Positions 51,691 to 61,219 of a stretch of DNA of 64,000 bases are shown one piece after another; positions within the stretch are counted from its first letter, which is position 1, and each line of letters starts with the position of its first letter. The notes beneath the pieces are model-generated. The model saw only the letters and a list, made by a program, of their open reading frames with translations, searched no databases and was not told the origin of the DNA. The stretch comes from Marsupella aquatica (lineage: Eukaryota; Plantae; Marchantiophyta): assembly GCA_973895155.1 (NCBI GenBank), contig OZ316896.1:1-64000 (forward strand). The letters run 5' to 3'. A program made the position numbers and the translations under genes.

Positions 51691-52318
51691 TCTTACTGAC
51701 AATGGCCATTTATCATGTAAACAGTGTCAACAGTGTGTGGTTTTCTCAGAATACTCTAAACCCTAAACCTTGTTCCTTTTCTTTCAATAGTGTTGTGTGG
51801 GTTTATCAGAATACTTGGCCTTTACAGATGAACACCTTTTAAGATTAAGAGTGTACCAAGGGTTAGCGCGAGGTGCAATACAATGCCCACAACAAGATAG
51901 ATTAGGCAATTCAACCATACTACCCTGCTGTGCCTGTTTGTTCCCGAAAAAACCTTCACCCATACTGGAAGGTTGCCCATTCAACCTCCTTATAGTAGCA
52001 GACTGAACAGAAATCATCACAACTAATCCAAAAACGCAGACTACTGGACAGTACAGTGAGTACTTCTGATTATTATACAGTAAGAGTGTGTGTGGTCAGT
52101 GATGATGTGGTTTGTCAATAGCTTCTCATCCCACTTTATAAAAACAACAGTGAGGACAGTCTGACCAGCACCGCATTTCTTCATTAATGAACATGTCTGT
52201 TTACGGTAGTCCACAAAACAAGACATTCCACTCGTAAACAAAATAAGACATTCCACTTAGAGCAGCATTGCTCTCCTATTGTTCAACTGAGTAATCACTT
52301 ATCAAAGTGGCTTCAACT

Positions 52319-52980
52319 GTGGCTGTGCGTTATAGAATACCCCCATCCCACGTACCCCCCTTCACCTTCAATACTGTAATTTTGATACGTAAAAACTTTC
52401 GTGGCTTTTCTCTTTGTATATTTGAGTGCATTAATTCTCCATAATGCACCCCTTTTTTTGAGGAGGGGATTATACAAAACACCTACCTGATACTAACACA
52501 ATATCTATGAATAGAATCTAATATAACTAAAGAAGGTATATTTTTGGCCAATTCCATAGCAACCACTTCTTGGATGACCCTTTAATTTGAATTTTCTATT
52601 TCAGGGATTCACTTTTTCTTGTTTGTTACCAAAAAGTCACTCAAGTTTTTACGTACATTAAATGTCCTAGTTACGGGCATTATATCCCACAATGCCCTCT
52701 AACCAGGACATTATCCTATTAATACCCTTCAGAGCACATGGGCATTAATTTGCATTACCCCAGCCCATGGTGGCTGTGCATTTTAGAATACCCCATCCCT
52801 CATACCCCCAACCTTCAAAATACTGTAATTTGATACATACATACCCTTCGGAGCACATTGGCACTTGCATTACCCCAACACATGGTGGCTGTGCGTTTTG
52901 GAATACCCCATCCCTCGTAACCCCCAACCTTCAAAATACTGTAATTTGAAACATACATACCCATCTGAGCACATGGGCAT
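52319..52980. repeat. ~115-bp repeat, two tandem copies plus one upstream partial copy
   Basis: TGGCTGTGC.TT..AGAATACCCCATCCC...CCTTCAA(AA)TACTGTAATTTGA at ~52320, ~52770 and ~52885. Confidence 0.8.
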
Positions 52981-53967
52981 TTCCCACGTCCAAAATTTTG
53001 TATCTCATTTCCCACGTCCAAAATTGAATGGTGACACATTTGATGCTAACGGAGTTTAAAGGTTTCAACATGAAAGCTATGGGAGTCTACGGTTTAACCG
53101 GAAATGTTATGGGAGCCTCCACTTTAACCGGAAATGTTGTGGGAGTCCATATGCTGAAACTTGGAGACATACCATGTATCGCATGTGAGACACAGCCTTT
53201 ACATAAGAGTGTTGTATGGTGGGTTGGACAGTGAAGGCGATTTGGGTCCTAGGAGTGTCTGAATGGAGTTGCAACACAGATGGAGGTGAGTAGCAAGGCA
53301 TGGATACCGCAACCATGGATGTTGTACAGAAGAGAAGCTCCATCACTGCACACTCAGCCTGAAACCATGCCACGCCACTGCCACCAGTAAGCATAAAAAA
53401 TGCAACCATTCGGAAATGCCTTCGCTCGAAGACTGCATCCGACAGTGAATGACTCTAATCCATCACTTGCTGCAATTATTGACGATGTCAGTACGCCATC
53501 CAAGCGATGCAAGATTCAAGATGCAGATTGAAGGGAATTTGGAGGTGGCGAGCACAGTCAGGACCAGATTGAAGGCCAGCGACAGGAATTCTCGAAGGCC
53601 AATGCTTCCCGACCAAAATACCGACCCAACAATAATGCAGAAGGGAATTTGAAGGTGACGAGCACATTAAGGAACCAGATTGAAGGCTGGTACAAGAATT
53701 CTAGAAGCATTGACCAAGCTTTGTTTCCTTTGTATTTCTCACGAACCCAAATTGAATGGTGACACTTTTGATGCTAACGGAGTCCAATGGTTTCAACATG
53801 AATGTTATAGCTGCAAAAGACATTTATTGGAAATGTTATGGGAGTGCGGGACTACAAGTGAGTCACAATGAATGCTAGTGGTGTATGAACACTTAAAAAA
53901 TAATGTTATGGGAGCCTACGGCAACCACCCGTAAGTCACCCTAATCAATACTAGTGGAGTTTAAAGG

Positions 53968-54118
53968 TTTTGATAATAATGTTGTGGGAGTCCAAATAAT
54001 GAAATGTTGAGACCGTGCACTGCATGTAGGAGACCATGCACCGCGGTCCCTAAATACCCTGAAATGGCCTGAAGACCGGCCTCATTGCACGCGCTGTGCA
54101 GAGAAGATATATACAGGT
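53968..54118. repeat. Dispersed copy of the ~151-bp repeat found at 31719-32337
   Basis: Near-identical to the copies at ~31720-31960 (AATGTTGTGGGAGTCCAAA...GAGACCGTGCACTGCATGTAGGAGACCATGC...GATATATACAGG). Confidence 0.88.
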
Positions 54119-54138
54119 ACGTGGAGACTTGTAAGATA

Positions 54139-54876
54139 ATGCAGGCCAACAGACCCCCAATTGGAGAGTTTTGGAGATACTACTACCTTAAGAAGACTGA
54201 GGCCAGTTACATATTTGACCTCAGAAGTTTTGGAACTTCAAGAGTGGAGATGGCTCAATTTGATGAGTTCTGGGCTGACTCAATCTACTTCCGACCCATC
54301 CTTGCTATGATGCTACTTCAAGGGGATGTAGAAGTAGAAGATCCAGATTTGGTTTTGGCCTATTTCGGGAATTTTGCAGCTTACGCTCTGGACTTTGTGA
54401 TTTCTTTTCTCATGCAGAGTAAGAAATCCACTTCTCACCAGAACTCTTACATCCCACGAGAGCCGAAGGTTGTCCTTGTTTCCACCAGTTCCCTAGCTGA
54501 GAAACAGAGGATCTGGAATAATGTCACTACTCAGACCCTGGCTCATTTCAACCGATATTTTAAGGATGTCAGATGGAGACTTCGACCCTTCTATTCCAGG
54601 ATGATGAATAGTGATGAGTTTCTGCATCACTATCCCCAAGTATATGCTGCCACCTGCAACAACTATGATGTACTAGGGATATACAGAGAAGCTCTTCGTA
54701 TAGATTCTTGTTATTTGATGAAGCGAATGCCTTTGATGTATCCTGAGAGACAACTAAGGTGCCTACCCTACTCTCGAGGATCACCACGTCAGACTGAGCT
54801 GATGGAGGTAACACAGAATCGGACTGTCACCTACGTGGAGCTGCTCGAACCCGATGATATTCGACAACAAGCTTGA
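54139..54876 (+). CDS. Unknown 245-aa ORF associated with the LTR retrotransposon (possibly a 5'-truncated accessory ORF)
   Basis: Uninterrupted, compositionally protein-like frame MQANRPPIGEFWRYYY...ELLEPDDIRQQA. The first ATG is at 54139, and the frame is also open back across the repeat junction at 54118. No family recognised. Confidence 0.55.
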   Translation: MQANRPPIGEFWRYYYLKKTEASYIFDLRSFGTSRVEMAQFDEFWADSIYFRPILAMMLLQGDVEVEDPDLVLAYFGNFAAYALDFVISFLMQSKKSTSHQNSYIPREPKVVLVSTSSLAEKQRIWNNVTTQTLAHFNRYFKDVRWRLRPFYSRMMNSDEFLHHYPQVYAATCNNYDVLGIYREALRIDSCYLMKRMPLMYPERQLRCLPYSRGSPRQTELMEVTQNRTVTYVELLEPDDIRQQA

Positions 54877-56068
54877 AGGAGACTATATTTTTAGCTAGTA
54901 TTGAAAAGTATAGTACTTTTACCAATTTTTCTAAATGTGTTCTAGAGCTTTAGAAGCTGTCATACTTCTTTAGGCTGTAGTCTGTACCTAGGAAACCCTG
55001 CTGGAAAAATTTCAGAGTTTTCCGAACCAGGAGTAGAAAGTTAAAAATAGTTGAATCTACTCAATTTTTAGTATACTGAAATTAAGAGTTTAAGAGTTTA
55101 AGTTTTTACGTTTTTAAGAGTTTAAGTTTTTAAGAGTTTAAGAGTTCATACTTAGCCATTTTTTTCCGGCTTTCCACTTATTGAATCGTCGTTTTGACTT
55201 TTTGAGGGTTATGAAGAGGCATGTCTCTTCGACCCTGTGACCTCTTATTCTGTAGTTCATCACTATTTATACCTCTTCCCCTAGTGTAGAGAGATGGTTA
55301 AGTTTTGCAGTTTTGCCTCTCCCTTGTGTTAAACTAGTTGATCATGAATCTATGAGTTCGAGATCAGGTTTAACATTTGGAGAGACTTACCTCCTTCTTG
55401 TATTTTGGAACCCAAATACTTGAAGTAAAACCTCAGTTATGAATCTCGTGAATTATAATGTCAGATTCCGCTTTGGTGACACATTGTAATCTCACAAGTT
55501 CTTAGAGTTAACTCATTGAGTTTAAGTTACATTGGAAATGATGTTTTCACCTTCATGTTGCTTAGTACCATCTAAATGCTGAAGTATTTATCCTTTTAGA
55601 TCTTGACTAAGTATCACTTAGGAAGAAAGGTCAAGACATGTTGCCGGCATTTTAAAAGGATACTCTAGTATGCAGTTTAGATCTGAAAAGCCGTGTGGAT
55701 TTGGATTTCCTTTAAAGTCATTCCATTATTACTTATGTCTAAGGAGTAACCTTGGTCTATTCCAGACTCCCTTAAGCATACTCTGAGAGATTTTTCCTTG
55801 TGTTTTGTTAATTGCAATCTTTTGCTTAATTGAAGGTTATCTGATGTTGAGTTATCATCAAAAACTACTCACCGCTGTGGAGCGATCTTCAAAGTACCTG
55901 ATTAAAGTAGTCAAGATTGATTACTATGTGTGACACAAGAGCTTAAAACTTTGTTTTTAGTTTATTACATCAAACCAACCCCATCTTGTTCTTAAAGGGA
56001 ACGAATACCGAGTTTAGAGACTTTAAAATGTGATTTTTGGTTCTCTATGGCAAACTACATGAGATTTT

Positions 56069-56086
56069 TGGCGCCGCTGCCGGGGA
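56069..56086 (+). promoter_or_regulatory. Primer-binding site complementary to tRNA-Asp 3' end
   Basis: TGGCGCCGCTGCCGGGGA has one mismatch to the Athila-type Asp PBS TGGCGCCGTTGCCGGGGA. This implies an LTR ends just upstream (~56059-56064). Confidence 0.85.
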
Positions 56087-56376
56087 ACAAATCAAGGATG
56101 GTTTGAAGTACAGGCAGTGAATGCCAAAAGGAGGTTAATTCAGTGAATCTGGAATAAACAAAAGAAAGGTGGAAGTTGACCATGGAACCCCAAGGAGAGT
56201 GGGAGTTCCCTCCATTACAAATTCGATCTTTCACAATGGAAAATGCACCAGAGGCATTTAGGGAGAGATTTGGAGGTGAAACTCCTCCCTCAATTTTGGA
56301 AAGAAAGAGAAAAGCTAAAGCCAAGAAGGAAAGACGAAATGGGGCTTAGTGGGGGAATATCCTTCCCAAGAAAGAG

Positions 56377-57237
56377 ATGGTGAGGAAAAGCAGACCTCAG
56401 AAAAGAGAAAGAGCCTTGATTAGGTCAAGGGATAATCAAACACACACGATTATCAGTGCCACTGCAAGAGAGAGAACAACTATTTTGAGAAGGCAGGTGT
56501 CCAACATCAGAGGAGGAAGCTACTTTTGGGGTGGCGAATTGGTGAAGGTTGACTCCTGGGACACCAATATTTTGTATGATTGTGTATTTGTTTTCAGAAG
56601 AGCCCTAGATGGAAGACTGGAATTGATTGAAGCCACTCAAGATGAGGAATTTGATGCCAATTTTATTCCCCCCTTACTAAAAGAACATGACATTAAGGAG
56701 GAAGTATTGGAGGAGGAACTTGAACATCAATTAAGGGAAACGTTGGATAAGTTAAAAGGGAATCCATTGTGGAGAAACCAACTTGATTATGTTTTAACAG
56801 AGTTTTACCAGAATAATCCCAATTTAATACTTAGGGAGGAAAGACCAGTTATGACCTCCAATAGAAGAGAGTTGGTTGACACTTGTAAATGGCATGCCGG
56901 AAGTGGATGGGTTCCATTGAAATGGAAGGAGGCAACTACCCAAAGGACATCCTTTAAGTGGACCATCCCACTCCCTCACTGCTTTGAATTAACTGATGTA
57001 ATGGTTTTTAAGAGAGTTTGGATTGATGATGAGGAATACAAGTTGCAGCCCATTAAGGAAGAACATGATTTAGAATTTTTAATAAGCAAGAAGGGGCAAA
57101 TTAGTAACAGGGTTACTGAAGAAGAAGAACTAAGAATTAAGGAGGTGTTGGAAAAATTACACCTTGTTGAACACCCTTGGGTTGATGCCCTGGACACTCT
57201 AGAAAATTTGTTAAACAACTACCGGACCTCAGCATAA
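56377..57237 (+). CDS. Extra 286-aa ORF between PBS and gag (unknown function)
   Basis: ATG-initiated intact ORF, charged and Trp-rich, with an apparent internal two-fold repeat. Confidence 0.6.
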   Translation: MVRKSRPQKRERALIRSRDNQTHTIISATARERTTILRRQVSNIRGGSYFWGGELVKVDSWDTNILYDCVFVFRRALDGRLELIEATQDEEFDANFIPPLLKEHDIKEEVLEEELEHQLRETLDKLKGNPLWRNQLDYVLTEFYQNNPNLILREERPVMTSNRRELVDTCKWHAGSGWVPLKWKEATTQRTSFKWTIPLPHCFELTDVMVFKRVWIDDEEYKLQPIKEEHDLEFLISKKGQISNRVTEEEELRIKEVLEKLHLVEHPWVDALDTLENLLNNYRTSA

Positions 57238-58009
57238 AAGAGGACAACAGAGGAGCGGATTTCCCCAAATTACAATCTTGATTTCAACTTTGAATAAGCA
57301 ATTTGGTGAAATAATTGAAATGCCTCCAATCAGGTCTTTAGGCACTTTGAGAGTAAGAAATTTGCATAATCGGTATGTTCAAACATGGGTACTGTCCCTA
57401 AGAGGACGAAGGGGTGTTCATTGGTTATCTATTACCTGGTGGGAAGGAGGCATTTTGCATCTGGTTATTTTAAAGTTAAATGGTAGAATTACAGGAGAGG
57501 AGTATGTTATCATTTCTATACAAGAATTAGCTAGATCCTTGCTTCAAAGGCAAACTAGGAGACACAGATAACATTAGTTAGGTCAAGAAATTTGTTAAGT
57601 ACACCTACTCTCCTAAAAATGGGCGCTGCCGAGAACTGAAGGGACGGCATTACGAGTAAGCCTTTACGTTTTTTTTAGAGTTGAAGTTTTACGAGTAAAC
57701 ATACTCGAGTAAGGGTATAATAGTTGACGACTTACGAGTTGCGAGTTGACGACTTACGAGTTGAAGGGCCGCGATGAACAGGCGCGCCACTTCAACACTT
57801 GACCACTCGCTGCGACTGTTGGGGCGTACACCCCCTGAGGGTTACGAGAAGAGGCGCCATCAAGGGCCACGACGGTGCGAAAGGGTGCCAGCGGGAGGAA
57901 CAATGGAAGAACGCGACCCCTCCATGCAAACTTAGACTCCCAAAGGAAACCAGAGTCAGTCCCAAACCATTAACTCGCTCCTGAAGATTGCCGACTTTCA
58001 GGATGAGGA

Positions 58010-61000
58010 ATGTCTGATAAAGGGAAGCGAAGTTGGAGATTAAGACAAGAAGAAAAAGCAAGATCAGAAGCACCACCAACTCCCCTTAATCCTAGGGGAC
58101 TATTGCCCGAATTCCAATCCCCAGATTACCCAACACCGGGAAATGTAGTAGAGCGAGTTACCCTCATCCAACGAAATGAAATAGAAGGAACAGTAGACAA
58201 GCCTGCAACAAGTCAACCAACAATTTATAAATTACGCTCTAGGGATGTCCAATACATCTCACCTAAGCCTAAGAAGAAAGAAATTGACATAGCCAAACCA
58301 CTGAGACGAACACAAAGCTTGGATGAATATGAGGGAACACCTGCGTTTCAGATAATTGGAACAGGAAAAACTACCAATACAAGGCATGAAAGCATAATTG
58401 AAGGAGGAATTCAGCAAATTGAATCTTTAAAATTTAATTCTGACTCACCTTTACTTCAAAGAATGCCTATTGATGAATCTGTCAGATTAGCAGAGGCACT
58501 ACCCTCGCTTGGTTATGGAAGTGCCAGCAGTAGCTTAAGTGCGATAAGCACTCCAAATTCCGTAAATTCAATTTCACCATTAACATCTCAAGGATCAGTC
58601 ACCAGCACTAGCTCACAATCTCTGAGAGCCTATCCTCCAATTAACCCAATTCCGGTTCCTATAAGACGACCTCAAATGGCTCGAAATAATATTCGATACG
58701 ATACCTTTAAGGGAACATCTAAGGAGGATGCTGAGACTTTCCTCAAGGAATTTGAAGCTGCAGCCACCTCAAATGGGCAAACCCAGGACGCTGAAAAAGC
58801 CACAATTTTTGGAGGGTTATTAAAAAAGAATGCTCAAAAATGGTATGATCGATTTCCAGATAAGAATGACTGGGGAAAAACCAAGACCGGTTTCTTGGAC
58901 AAATATAAGGAGGATGGTGTTGAGGCAAGGGCTTTTGCTAGAATCTCTCAACTAACCATGAAGAAACATGGCTCAGTGAGAAAGTACGCAGATAAATTAC
59001 TAGATCTAGTGGATAAATATAATCCCAATACAGCCAAGTCCACCACGAGAGATTGGTTTATTAACGGGCTGCCCTCTCGAATTGCAAGGTATGTAAGACG
59101 AGAAGGTGGTACAACCTTTGAGGAAGCTCAGGAAGCAGCACAAAAATACGTGGACTCAGAAGTTTCTGAGAAGAAAAGAGTAAAAAAAGATTTGAAGAAG
59201 GGTAAGAGGAAGGATAAAAAGAAAAAGAAAAAGAAAAAGTCCTCTTCAAGCTCGGAGTCTGGTGATAGCGACACTACCACTACTGAAGGAACTAGTTCCG
59301 ACTCGGGCTCCAGCAGTAGCTCAAGCTCCAGTCCAAGTTCTGACGATGCGGACACCAAGACCAAAAGGATGCAGAAAAGCACGGTACCTCAGAAAGCCAA
59401 GACCCTGGATAAAATGATGGATTCCTTGACTAGTAAGTTGAATAAACTCTCTGTGAATGCCGCTATATTTAAACCAACTAGGAAACTCCCACCCACCATA
59501 CGAAATAATGTGTGGTGCACACGCTGTAATAACCAAGGACACTATCACCATGAGTGCCCCTCATTGCAACGAGCTGTCAATTATGGAGAAGAGGAAGAGT
59601 TATTAGACTATGGAGATATCTATGCTGTCCAAGCACCGTTTGCAGGGCAATACTTTCCCCCTGCTGCGGGACCGACTTCATGGGCCCAACAAAAATCAGC
59701 AGGACCTTCCTCATTTAATCGGCCTATACCAAGACCACCGATGGGACCTCCTGGAGGCTATCCACCCAGAGGAGCACCAAGAGTGCAAGGAACCTGCTAT
59801 AATTGTGGTCAACCAGGGCATTACTCACCAGAATGTCCGTACCCAAAACGAGAAGTAGGGTACACACCAATTTGTGGCAACTGTGGAAAGGAAGGTCATC
59901 TCCCTGTTGAATGCCCAAACCCTCCGAAACCCAAGATGATGGTAAGATTTGCTAAAGAGCCTGTGAAGGAAGCACCCAGACCTGAAGAAGTAAGGATGAT
60001 ATATAGCCAAGAAAATCGGGAGCAATGCAGTCATGTGACCATAGAAGCAGAAGCTGAGGAGGAAGTGCATAATATTTATACCCAAAGTCTATCAGGCACT
60101 ATTCCGGATGTTGATTTGGAGCACTTAGTACAAGACCATGTTGTGGGAATGCCCAACCTACGGGTCCAAGAACGGGACCGTGTTTTGGAAACTTACGCCA
60201 CTACCAGATCCAAGTCTCATCATGAGAAGAAGCACGGTGAGGATGGTTCTAAGCGGAAGAAATCATCCAAACAGAAGAGCAAAACAAGGATACCGGCAAA
60301 GGAAGGTATCCCAAAAGAGGATGACCCAGCCTATGACAGGTATGACCCCAAGTACTTCCAGCCCGACATATCTACAGAGGTTAAAACTCAAATACATGAG
60401 TTAACCAAGGATGCACCCCTGCTAGTGGAACGGAAGGAAGTCCCTCCAGAGCTAAAAAAGCCTGAACCCAAGATGACCTTGGTACCAACACTCAAACCAA
60501 AGGGGTATGATATCGTGGACGTTGTCAAGAGCCAACCTGCCAACATTACGATTGGGGAGCTATTAGAAGACAATCCCACTTATAAAAAGCAGTTAAGAAC
60601 CTTGCTGACAGGAAGGAGGAAAAGAAGGAAACTACCTTCTGTGGAGGCCTTGAGACTAGAATGGGAAGATAAAGGACCTCCGGAAATTGAAGTTCAGATC
60701 ATGGGGTGTGTAATACCCGAAGTACCAGTAGACGGAGGATCGAGTGTGAACATCATGACCGAGGAAACAGCATCCAACATTGGCATCCATAAGTTTGAAA
60801 AGACCTTACAAGTACTACGCATGGCCGATCAATCCAGAGTAGTGCCAGTAGGAAAACTTATTGGGATCGACACAATTATTGGGGGCCTGACTTTCCCCTT
60901 AGATTTTGTAGTTCTCCGACCTGAAGTTCCCTCCTCCTATCCTTTGCTATTAGGGAGACCCTGGTTATATAAGGCCAAGATCAAGGTTGATTGGCACCAA

Positions 61001-61219
61001 CGACAGATGTCCTTTGGGACACCCCGAGTCACTATCAGTTGGATGGATGAACCACATATGGGCGAAACCCAATCAGATGATGGGTACACTTCTGACTTCT
61101 CAGATTCTACTCTCCTTATCAAAACTCCCAAGTTTGAATCTCTAGAAGTCGGATATCTTGATATCATGGAGGTCGAGGGTGACACACCAAGTAAAGGGAC
61201 TCTCCCACCAGTCTCCTGA
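58010..61219 (+). CDS. gag: Gag-protease polyprotein (1069 aa)
   Basis: Retrotransposon Gag core (FKGTSKEDAETFLKEFE...WY...FINGLP), three CX2CX4HX4C knuckles, and an aspartic protease (VPVDGGSSVNIM...LLLGRPWL). Confidence 0.92.
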   Translation: MSDKGKRSWRLRQEEKARSEAPPTPLNPRGLLPEFQSPDYPTPGNVVERVTLIQRNEIEGTVDKPATSQPTIYKLRSRDVQYISPKPKKKEIDIAKPLRRTQSLDEYEGTPAFQIIGTGKTTNTRHESIIEGGIQQIESLKFNSDSPLLQRMPIDESVRLAEALPSLGYGSASSSLSAISTPNSVNSISPLTSQGSVTSTSSQSLRAYPPINPIPVPIRRPQMARNNIRYDTFKGTSKEDAETFLKEFEAAATSNGQTQDAEKATIFGGLLKKNAQKWYDRFPDKNDWGKTKTGFLDKYKEDGVEARAFARISQLTMKKHGSVRKYADKLLDLVDKYNPNTAKSTTRDWFINGLPSRIARYVRREGGTTFEEAQEAAQKYVDSEVSEKKRVKKDLKKGKRKDKKKKKKKKSSSSSESGDSDTTTTEGTSSDSGSSSSSSSSPSSDDADTKTKRMQKSTVPQKAKTLDKMMDSLTSKLNKLSVNAAIFKPTRKLPPTIRNNVWCTRCNNQGHYHHECPSLQRAVNYGEEEELLDYGDIYAVQAPFAGQYFPPAAGPTSWAQQKSAGPSSFNRPIPRPPMGPPGGYPPRGAPRVQGTCYNCGQPGHYSPECPYPKREVGYTPICGNCGKEGHLPVECPNPPKPKMMVRFAKEPVKEAPRPEEVRMIYSQENREQCSHVTIEAEAEEEVHNIYTQSLSGTIPDVDLEHLVQDHVVGMPNLRVQERDRVLETYATTRSKSHHEKKHGEDGSKRKKSSKQKSKTRIPAKEGIPKEDDPAYDRYDPKYFQPDISTEVKTQIHELTKDAPLLVERKEVPPELKKPEPKMTLVPTLKPKGYDIVDVVKSQPANITIGELLEDNPTYKKQLRTLLTGRRKRRKLPSVEALRLEWEDKGPPEIEVQIMGCVIPEVPVDGGSSVNIMTEETASNIGIHKFEKTLQVLRMADQSRVVPVGKLIGIDTIIGGLTFPLDFVVLRPEVPSSYPLLLGRPWLYKAKIKVDWHQRQMSFGTPRVTISWMDEPHMGETQSDDGYTSDFSDSTLLIKTPKFESLEVGYLDIMEVEGDTPSKGTLPPVS

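Noticed and set aside
57619-57636. Second PBS-like string ATGGGCGCTGCCGAGAAC
   Set aside because: Too degenerate versus tRNA-Asp, and the preceding sequence does not resemble that upstream of the real PBS.
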